64,000 nt of DNA from a virus (Duplodnaviria > Caudoviricetes), in IMG/VR virus record IMGVR_UViG_3300049198_000021, positions 64,001 through 128,000 of that record; one strand, given 5' to 3'. Under the pieces are notes generated by a model that was given only the letters and a program-made list of their open reading frames with translations, was not told the DNA's origin and made no database searches. The translations under genes were made by a program, and so were the position numbers. Positions 28,630 to 35,723 of the stretch are shown here, piece by piece; the first letter of the stretch is position 1, and every line of letters begins with the position of its first letter.

Positions 28630-28842
28630 ATGAAGATCAAGATCAAGACCACCGCCCGCTACACCGCCAAGCGCAAGGCTGCTATCATCGCCGACGTGGA
28701 CAACGGCACTACCACCCTCGAAGAGGTTTGCAGCCTGCACAACATCACAAGCGAAGAGTTCGACGGCTGGCGCAAGTCGCTGGACCGCTCGGGACAGCAG
28801 GGGCTTCGGATCACCCGGCTGCAACACTACCGGGCAGCATAA
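28630..28842 (+). CDS. sciP: SciP / DUF1153 family CtrA-inhibitory protein homologue
   Basis: T.R...RKA..I..V..G...LEE.C......EEF..W...LDR.G..GLR.TRLQ.YR matches alphaproteobacterial SciP along its length. Confidence 0.88.
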   Translation: MKIKIKTTARYTAKRKAAIIADVDNGTTTLEEVCSLHNITSEEFDGWRKSLDRSGQQGLRITRLQHYRAA

Positions 28843-28972
28843 GGGAAGGGGCTTCGGCTCTTTTTCTTTTGCCTTTAACCCAGTGTTAAGGTTAACAAGT
28901 CAACTGAATTAGTTAACTAATTAGCTGGAAAAAGTGCTTGACCGAATCAGCGAATCGGCCTAGACCCAAGCC

Positions 28973-29140
28973 ATGGAAATGACCCTTTCAGAAATCCGCC
29001 ACAAGCGTGACCGGGCAATCGTTCAGCGCCGACTCGGCGAGGAACGCCGCCGCCACGTTAACCAATGCGTCGCCGACATCATCGCACAAGGAAAGATGGA
29101 AGAGCGCCGCCAGACCACCCGACGGGAGGAAGACCAATGA
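28973..29140 (+). CDS. Small basic protein, probably leaderless
   Basis: ATG 6 nt after the -10 hexamer, no RBS; ATGA overlap with next gene. Confidence 0.6.
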   Translation: MEMTLSEIRHKRDRAIVQRRLGEERRRHVNQCVADIIAQGKMEERRQTTRREEDQ

Positions 29141-29337
29141 CAGACCGCCGATTCGTAATTGTCGAAAACGCCGGATATGAAGGCGAGCAAGACATCACCC
29201 ACTTTCTCACCTTGCGGGAGGCATTCGCCTATCAGCGCGGCCATTATGAGCCGGACGAGATCGAAGAATTGCACGTCGATATTCGCCAAGACTGGACGGA
29301 CGAAAACGGCGATTTTCATCAGGAATATGTCTATTAG
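29137..29337 (+). CDS. Small acidic protein
   Basis: GGAGG RBS; start MTDRR. Confidence 0.75.
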   Translation: MTDRRFVIVENAGYEGEQDITHFLTLREAFAYQRGHYEPDEIEELHVDIRQDWTDENGDFHQEYVY

Positions 29338-29404
29338 GTGGAAAAAGTGCTTGACCGAATCGGTGGCCTATGCGAAAACGAATCATCGAAACGGAGACAA
29401 GCAA

Positions 29405-29599
29405 ATGACCACCATCCTGATCCTCGCCGCCGCCGCCCTGATCTTCGCCACCGTGGCATTTTTCAAGGCCCGCGCCGAACTCGCCGCTCACGCCGCCGAA
29501 CAGGCAAGCAAGCATATCCCCAACCCCACCATCTACAGCGGCCCGCGCTTCACCGCACATGGCCGGGAAATCCAACAGACCGGACGGCGGATCATCTGA
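29405..29599 (+). CDS. Small membrane-anchored protein
   Basis: MTTILILAAAALIFATVAFF N-terminal hydrophobic helix. Confidence 0.75.
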   Translation: MTTILILAAAALIFATVAFFKARAELAAHAAEQASKHIPNPTIYSGPRFTAHGREIQQTGRRII

Positions 29600-29755
29600 G
29601 AAAGGGGCGGGAGAAATCCCGCCCTTTTCTTTGGCCGGTAACCGGGTGTTAAGGTTAATAAAACGGTGAAATTCGTTAATCATCAAAGTGGAAAAAGTGC
29701 TTGACCGAATCGGTTGGCGAGTTTAGACCCGAATCATTGGAAACGGAGACAGACC

Positions 29756-29953
29756 ATGAGCAAGCCCACCGAACAAGCAATCGCCGCCGACCTCGACCTT
29801 TGCGACATGATCCTTGCATTCGGAACGCCCGCCGCCAAGCGAAAGGCCCGCGCCCACCGCAAGGCTTGTTTCGCAGAAATCGCCCGGATGAACGCCGAGG
29901 CCGGGACTGACAAACTGAGCGATGATGAATTGCTCGCTGAATTGATGGCCTGA
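29756..29953 (+). CDS. Cassette hypothetical protein
   Basis: Start corrected to MSKPT. Confidence 0.8.
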   Translation: MSKPTEQAIAADLDLCDMILAFGTPAAKRKARAHRKACFAEIARMNAEAGTDKLSDDELLAELMA

Positions 29954-30141
29954 TAGGAACCGGCCCCTGACAACAGGGGCCGGGACCCTAATTCACTGAG
30001 AACAAGGGCCGGGCTCTAAAATCGTAAATTCAGGTTAACCTTAACAGATCGGTCGAAATCGTTAACTATTAAAGTGGAAAAAGTGCTTGACCGAATCGTT
30101 TGGCGCGTTTAGACCCGAATCATTGAAAACGGAGACAGACC

Positions 30142-30417
30142 ATGGAAAGATTCGAACTGACGGGCTCGGGCATCAGCGACGGGCAGAATCCGGAAAAACT
30201 GCTTGCTGCCGCGAAAAAGTGCGGCCTTCGGAATCCCCGACTCGCCTATCACTACGGCTGGTCCAATCAGCCGAAAACGATTCGTTTCAGCGCCGAAAAC
30301 TGGGAAGCTGCCGATAAGGTCGCCGATCTGGTGCGAACCGAGTTTTACCCGGAAAACGCCGAGGGCCGTTTGTGCCCGATGATTCGGGCCTATCCGGTAA
30401 AAGCCCCAGAAGCCTGA
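30142..30417 (+). CDS. Cassette hypothetical protein
   Basis: Consensus RBS. Confidence 0.8.
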   Translation: MERFELTGSGISDGQNPEKLLAAAKKCGLRNPRLAYHYGWSNQPKTIRFSAENWEAADKVADLVRTEFYPENAEGRLCPMIRAYPVKAPEA

Positions 30418-30590
30418 TCCCGGAAAAGCCCGATTCGCCGAATCGGGCTTTTTCCTTTTTCGGTAACCCTGCGTTAACCTTAATAAAACGGCGAAAATCG
30501 TTAACCCTAAAAATCGGCCTTTCTGGAAAAAGTGCTTGACCGAATCGGCCTTTTCTGGAAAAACCGGACCACCGCAAAGGGAGAAAAGAC

Positions 30591-30746
30591 ATGATCAGCA
30601 TGGAAGCGATTATTGGGGGCCTTATTTCGGGGTTCGCTGTGCGCCTCTATGGTGCAGGGCTTGCTCTCTATGTGGGCCTGTCTGCAAGCGACCTTATCAG
30701 CAGCACCTATGGGAGCGTGGCTGCTACCCTAGCCACCCTGCCCTAG
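30591..30746 (+). CDS. Small hydrophobic protein (51 aa)
   Basis: MISMEAIIGGLISGFAVRLYGAGLALYVGLSASDLISSTYGSVAATLATLP; GGGAGA RBS. Confidence 0.65.
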   Translation: MISMEAIIGGLISGFAVRLYGAGLALYVGLSASDLISSTYGSVAATLATLP

Positions 30747-31029
30747 CCCACTCTGCCCTACCTAGGGCTGTGTGTGCGCTGCGCTCGGCTGCTATGGATT
30801 GGGGTCATTTTGCGTATGTGCGTGCGCGTGTGTGTGTGTGCGACTGACTGCCAGCGTGGCTGCCCTCGCCTGCCAGCGTGGCTGTCACCCTCCCAGCCCA
30901 TAGGGCATGGGCTGCCCTTCCCCTGCCCTAGCAGGTGGAAAAACAAACTCACAAACAAATGGATTTTGTTATTGATTTGGTAACGAATCGATGCGATAAG
31001 GGGACATCGAAAGCGAACGGAGAAACAAC

Positions 31030-31302
31030 ATGACCAACCTGATCCCCACCTTCCGCGTCTATAAGAACAAGGTCCTTGTCGGCACCGTGTCGGCCACGAC
31101 TGAACAGCAGGCACATGCCCGCGCATATGGCAAGTATGGCCGTTGCGAAGTCATGAAGGCTGACATGGAGCGCCGCCTTAGCACTGCGGGCCGTGTGGAG
31201 CGCGCTGACAGCAGCTTCACCCATGGCCGTAGCCCCTACCCCACCCCCGGCTTTGAGGCACGCCGCGCCGCTGAAATCGCCCGCTGGAAAGCGGGCGAAT
31301 AA
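31030..31302 (+). CDS. Hypothetical protein, last cassette
   Basis: ACGGAGA RBS; N-terminus similar to 26174..26326. Confidence 0.8.
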   Translation: MTNLIPTFRVYKNKVLVGTVSATTEQQAHARAYGKYGRCEVMKADMERRLSTAGRVERADSSFTHGRSPYPTPGFEARRAAEIARWKAGE

Positions 31303-31418
31303 GCCCACCTTAACAAACGTTAACCTAAACAAAGGGCGAGTCGAGCGATCGACTCGCCCTATTGATTCGCGAATCGATTCGGTTCGAATCACTACCTTGC
31401 GAAAAAATAAGACCCCCT

Positions 31419-31860
31419 AGGGGACCCAAAGGGGTTTACCCCCACCTGAAAAATCCGGCCCTCTTAGCTCCTACATGAATCAAAAAAGGTAGACATTCTC
31501 ATATAGCTGTGCTAGTATCCCTGTCCATGATCAACTAAGATCATGCAGCAAGTGGAGGGGGACCCAACGACCCTCCCATCACGCCCAACTCTCAATAAAA
31601 CCACCCGTATATTATATATTTTTTCATCACGCCCACTAAAGCTTTGATCCTCTCATCACTCCCATCTCGGCAAACCGGCGAACCGGCAAACCGATAAACG
31701 GACGAACCGACGATCTGGCATCGCCTCTAGCAGGCAAAGCCTCTAGCTGACAAACGGCTGCTTGATGATATGTATTTTTGCGACCCACCGGGGGACCCAA
31801 AGGAGGGGGACCCATCGCCGGGGGACCAACGAAGTTCTCGCCGCATAGCGGGGACCCAAT
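31419..31860 (+). repeat. GGGGACCCA cluster, right copy of the 19-bp direct repeat (31573-31591) and an AT-rich tract
   Basis: GGGGACC(C)A at about 31420, 31558, 31791, 31806, 31821 and 31850; CATCAC copies 31577-31660. Confidence 0.8.
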
Positions 31861-31955
31861 GGCGTTACACCGCCATTATTACGTGACAGTGATGCGCCTT
31901 AGCTGTGATGCAGTGGTGTCTTCCTGACGGATGCCTATCTTCCCCACCAAAATGA

Positions 31956-32774
31956 TTGGACCCAAGACTCGTGGCCCACAAGAAGAAGCAGATTTTCTTT
32001 CCCACCGATCCCATCCACGCTGCCGAAAAAGTTGCAGCCAGCCGGCAGCCTCCCAAGCCGGCACCTGTCCTGAAAGCTCAGACCCCCGGTCAGAAAGGTT
32101 ACATCCGCAAGCTTACCCAGAACCACCACGACATCCTTTTCGCAGTCGGCCCGGCCGGCACCGGCAAGACCTACGCTGCTGTTCTCGATGCCATCATCAA
32201 GTTCCGGCGCGGCGATTGCACCAAGATCATCATCACGCGCCCCATGGTTGGTGCAGGCGGCGAAGAACTGGGCACTCTGCCCGGCGGCGTGATGGAGAAG
32301 GTGGCACCGTGGTGCATTCCGCTCCTCGACATCTTCAAGGAGTTCTACACCAAGTATGAGGTCGAGCAGATGCTGGACCGCGAGGAGATCGAGATCGCTC
32401 CCCTTGCCATCATGCGTGGTCGCACCTTGAAGAACGCGATCGTGATCGCCGACGAAGCCCAGAACTGCACGATCGAGCAGATGAAGATGCTGATGACGCG
32501 TATCGGTTCCGGATCGCGGATGGTCATCACGGGCGACATCGAACAGCACGACCGCCCGCACGGCGCTTCGGGTCTGGCCGACATCATTCGCCGCATCGAC
32601 GAAAAGGAAGCGCGGGATCGTTTCGAAGCGTCGCTGCCCGTGTCGATGGCTGAGAGTGATGAGGACGAAGAGCCCCGTCTGCGTCACAGCCGCATCGGCG
32701 TCGTCAAGCTCGGCCGTAAGGACGTTGTTCGTCACGATGTGATCGACGACGTTCTGAGCCTCTACGAGGAGTAA
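31956..32774 (+). CDS. phoH: PhoH family ATPase
   Basis: GPAGTGKT, ITRP, LG.LPG, MRGRTL, IADEAQN, LMTRIG, ITGD..Q.DR, DVVRH. Confidence 0.95.
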   Translation: MDPRLVAHKKKQIFFPTDPIHAAEKVAASRQPPKPAPVLKAQTPGQKGYIRKLTQNHHDILFAVGPAGTGKTYAAVLDAIIKFRRGDCTKIIITRPMVGAGGEELGTLPGGVMEKVAPWCIPLLDIFKEFYTKYEVEQMLDREEIEIAPLAIMRGRTLKNAIVIADEAQNCTIEQMKMLMTRIGSGSRMVITGDIEQHDRPHGASGLADIIRRIDEKEARDRFEASLPVSMAESDEDEEPRLRHSRIGVVKLGRKDVVRHDVIDDVLSLYEE

Positions 32775-32966
32775 GAAAAAAAGCGGGCGCGGCGTAATTG
32801 GGGCAACGCCGCGCCCGCAATAAAAAGCCGGCCGGGGGCGTGGCGGGCTTTTGGTGGATCGGCTCGGGTAAACCGATCGTCGTCTGGGTATCGACCGCTT
32901 TCTGATTCGTCAAGAACCTTTCCCACACATTAACGATGCCGCCGGCATCCGCTTCAAGGAAATCCC

Positions 32967-33134
32967 ATGCGTCCTCGCTGGCAAGTCACTTTTCTGCTGC
33001 TAACCCTCCCGATCTGGTTCATCCCGGCGATGATCTACGTCGGCTGGGTGGAAGCCGGGCGCGACATCATCACCAAGGATTTCCCTGTTGGTATTCGGTG
33101 GATGCTCTTTGGTAAGAAGCCTCGCGGCTACTGA
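32967..33134 (+). CDS. Small membrane protein (55 aa)
   Basis: MRPRWQVTFLLLTLPIWFIPAMIYVGW...; AAGGA RBS. Confidence 0.6.
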   Translation: MRPRWQVTFLLLTLPIWFIPAMIYVGWVEAGRDIITKDFPVGIRWMLFGKKPRGY

Positions 33135-33136
33135 TC

Positions 33137-33649
33137 ATGGGGACCTTCTTCACTCTCATCGGACAAGCAGTCATCGGTTGGATCATCGCTGATCTGATCG
33201 GTGGCTTTGTGCATTGGTATCTCGATCGCGTCGCCCGGCCGCGCTGGGGTTGGCTGGAGAAGACGGTCTGGGCCCCGAACCGGGTTCACCATGAAGAGCC
33301 GATGGCGTTTACCACGCACAAGTTCTTCTCCCGGAACTCGACCACCTTTGTGGCAGCATCCGTAGCGGCTGGGCTGTGGTTGCTCGTTTTCGGACCATCG
33401 ATGGTCCTGCTCTTCGCCTACATCGGCGGTATGTTGCAGAACGAAGTTCACTATTGGACTCACAAGAAGTCAACCGGGTGGATCAGGGTGTTCCAACAAA
33501 CTGGTATCATCCAGTCAATACCATCTCATGCCCGTCATCACAAACCACCGCAGAACCGAAATTACTGCGTGCTGACCGATTGGTGTAATCCAATTCTGGA
33601 ACGGCTGGATATATGGGGAAGGCTTGAGAGGTATTTCAAGTTGACATAA
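33137..33649 (+). CDS. CarF / TMEM189 (Kua) family His-box lipid desaturase-like membrane protein
   Basis: ADLIGGFVHWYLD, HHEEP, EVHYWTH, QQTGII, HARHH, YCVLTDWCNPILE. Confidence 0.85.
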   Translation: MGTFFTLIGQAVIGWIIADLIGGFVHWYLDRVARPRWGWLEKTVWAPNRVHHEEPMAFTTHKFFSRNSTTFVAASVAAGLWLLVFGPSMVLLFAYIGGMLQNEVHYWTHKKSTGWIRVFQQTGIIQSIPSHARHHKPPQNRNYCVLTDWCNPILERLDIWGRLERYFKLT

Positions 33650-33716
33650 GTTGGAAAATAGACTATGCTTCGCGGAATTATAGCTGCGCCTACCGCAGAC
33701 CTCCCGGAGCATTGAT

Positions 33717-34013
33717 ATGATCGATCCCTATCGTCGGGACACACCGGGCTTGGCTGATCCGGCTAACAACCTGATTCCTATTATTCCTGACGACAACGTT
33801 GACCTACCGGTTGGTATCAAAGCGTTGCGTATCTGGAACCCGAACGAATTTACAGCCACCCTTCACGTCATCACAGTAGTGGGTGATCTGGTTTCTTTTT
33901 CCGTGCCGGCTCTGTCCCTCTGGACGGAGCCTCTTCGCGTTACTCGCATCCTCACCGCCACAACGAACGGTATCGTCCTTCACGGATATACCGATCGCGC
34001 CCTTCCGGAGTAA
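33717..34013 (+). CDS. Head spike base protein (RcGTA Rcc01079-like)
   Basis: DP....GL..PA....I.PDD..DLP....AL...PLRVTRIL.T pattern. Confidence 0.7.
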   Translation: MIDPYRRDTPGLADPANNLIPIIPDDNVDLPVGIKALRIWNPNEFTATLHVITVVGDLVSFSVPALSLWTEPLRVTRILTATTNGIVLHGYTDRALPE

Positions 34014-34017
34014 GTCC

Positions 34018-34551
34018 ATGTATGGATCAGGCGTCAGTGCGGGTGGAGGAGGCGGCGGCGCAGGCGGCGTGTCTCCCCGTGCCACCGGCTGGGGCAACTA
34101 TCGGGACACCCAATTTACGAGCGCCGCTCCGTTATCGATCGCAGCAAATACCCGGACCTTGATCCCAAATAACGCTGGGATCAAGGATGAGAGCCAGCTT
34201 CCAGAAGATATGGTCACCTTCTACAATCAGGTGACCAGCCGGATCATCGCCACCAACGGATCAGACTTCATCATCACCGCTCGCATTCGCATGAGACCAA
34301 CGAATGAAAATGCGACTATGGTGAAAATGGAGTTGGAAATTGGCACGACCGGGAACGAGATCATCATCGAGACCGCTCAGCGGACACTCCCGTGGGGTAT
34401 CGGTGCAGAGTCGGCGATGAATTTCACCTTCTCCGGCTACGCTCTGGATACCTTCGCAGCTACCGGGGCCCGTTTGTTCATCACATCCGACGGCCCAATC
34501 GAACTCTACGGCGTGTCCTACGTCATCAAGCGCACTCATAAGGGAGTCTGA
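34018..34551 (+). CDS. Putative virion (head decoration) protein
   Basis: Gly-rich N-terminus, beta-rich; GGAG RBS; start corrected to MYGSG. Confidence 0.6.
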   Translation: MYGSGVSAGGGGGGAGGVSPRATGWGNYRDTQFTSAAPLSIAANTRTLIPNNAGIKDESQLPEDMVTFYNQVTSRIIATNGSDFIITARIRMRPTNENATMVKMELEIGTTGNEIIIETAQRTLPWGIGAESAMNFTFSGYALDTFAATGARLFITSDGPIELYGVSYVIKRTHKGV

Positions 34552-34552
34552 T

Positions 34553-34738
34553 ATGCCAACTCCTCTTCCATTTTCTTTTACCGAACGACTTCCCGCGATC
34601 CTCCAGCGGATCAACCCGATGATCGATGTCATCAATGTCCAGAATGCGGCCATTGAAAACCTCGAAGCGGAAGTAACCGACCTCGCTGGCCCGGCCGGTC
34701 CTGATCTAACCTTGCTGTTTGAAAACGGCCTCGTCTAA
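34553..34738 (+). CDS. Small hypothetical protein
   Basis: GGGAG RBS; C-terminal FENGLV resembles FNTGLI of the next gene. Confidence 0.65.
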   Translation: MPTPLPFSFTERLPAILQRINPMIDVINVQNAAIENLEAEVTDLAGPAGPDLTLLFENGLV

Positions 34739-34751
34739 ACTGGAGTAACCT

Positions 34752-35270
34752 ATGTCTCTCGCTGTCCAAGTCCAGTCGCTGGCGACCCGTATCGCTACCG
34801 AATGCAAGTCCATCCGCACGCTCGTCAACGGCAACGCGGCAAACCTCAACGCGCTGACCACGACCGACAAGACCAACCTTGTCGCCGCGCTCAACGAACT
34901 CAAGACCCTCATCGATGGTGTCAGTGCGGCCTCCGGCGCTCAGATCAACGACGCAGCGATCGCGACGACGACCACCTATTCGTCCACCAAGATCGAAGAC
35001 CTCGTTAGTGACGCGCTCGCCAGTGTCCTCAACGGAGCCCCGACGGCTCTCGACACCCTCGACGAACTGGCGAATGCGCTAGGCGACGACGCCAACTTTG
35101 CGGCGACCGTCACCAACAGCCTCGCCAACCGCGTTCGCGTCGATGCCGCACAGGGCTTGACTTCGCCCCAGCAGGCACAGGCGCGTTCCAACATCAGCGT
35201 CTACTCGCAGGCTGAAATCGGCAACCCGGAAACTGACTTCGTTGCGACCTTCAACACTGGTCTGATCTAA
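34752..35270 (+). CDS. Putative fibre/filament protein
   Basis: LTTTDKTNLVAALNEL and APTALDTLDELANALGDDANFAATV fibre motifs. Confidence 0.75.
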   Translation: MSLAVQVQSLATRIATECKSIRTLVNGNAANLNALTTTDKTNLVAALNELKTLIDGVSAASGAQINDAAIATTTTYSSTKIEDLVSDALASVLNGAPTALDTLDELANALGDDANFAATVTNSLANRVRVDAAQGLTSPQQAQARSNISVYSQAEIGNPETDFVATFNTGLI

Positions 35271-35713
35271 TGTCTCTCGCGTCGCAAGTCTCGGCGCTTG
35301 CCGGCGCTATCCGGGACAAGATCAACACCATGACCCCGCGCCTGCTTCCGGCAGGGGGGACAACCGGTCAGGTCCTCTCGAAGACCAACGCAACCGACTA
35401 CAACGCCCAATGGGTTACACCAGCAGCCGGTCAAGGCGGCAGCGGTATCCCAACTCGGGAGGTGGTTGTTTCGTTCACCCAAGCTGCTTCAAGCAAGACA
35501 GTCGAGGTGGTGGATGCCGCCGCTTTAACAACTCATCGAGTAATTGCGGTTGTATCTGGTGAAGCTCCTCCGGGAGGATATGCAGATCAAGCAGAAATTA
35601 ACCCCGTCATCATTCAAGGCTTGGTTGAAGTCGATGGCACCGTAAAACTGATTGTCTCCAGCGTAAATCATCTCGTCTTTGGTGACTATCTGGTAAACTA
35701 TCACTTGAGCTAA
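35270..35713 (+). CDS. Putative fibre-associated protein
   Basis: PAGGTTGQVLSKTNATDYNAQW motif; N-terminus similar to the previous gene. Confidence 0.7.
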   Translation: MSLASQVSALAGAIRDKINTMTPRLLPAGGTTGQVLSKTNATDYNAQWVTPAAGQGGSGIPTREVVVSFTQAASSKTVEVVDAAALTTHRVIAVVSGEAPPGGYADQAEINPVIIQGLVEVDGTVKLIVSSVNHLVFGDYLVNYHLS

Positions 35714-35723
35714 GGAATTTGTA

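Larger units (their letters stand above)
7975..31030 (+). repeat. About 42 copies of a conserved intergenic element (terminator, TTAAC array, sigma70-type promoter, RBS), one before each cassette
   Basis: -35 TTGAC(C) or variant at about 7992, 8514, 9314, 9940, 10752, 11229, 11535, 12052, 12611, 13422, 14096, 14796, 15246, 15814, 16454, 17106, 17659, 18293, 18949, 19582, 20220, 20800, 21744, 22275, 23195, 23698, 24005, 24399, 25239, 25648, 26120, 26437, 26938, 27551, 28030, 28575, 28938, 29351, 29701, 30087, 30536; a divergent copy near 30970. Confidence 0.95.

Noticed and set aside
12052-30847. Track ORFs or N-terminal extensions beginning MTES..., MEKVL..., and reverse ORFs with LTLT/VNLN/VKVN
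   Set aside because: They are translations of the repeated promoter and TTAAC elements; real starts follow the GGAGA RBS.
7975-31030. CRISPR array
   Set aside because: Repeats are about 100 bp promoter/terminator elements separated by whole genes of variable length; no cas genes in the window.
7975-31030. Classical integron with attC sites
   Set aside because: No integron integrase; GTTAAGG and GTTAACC do not fit GTTRRRY; no attC-type long imperfect hairpin; each cassette has its own promoter.
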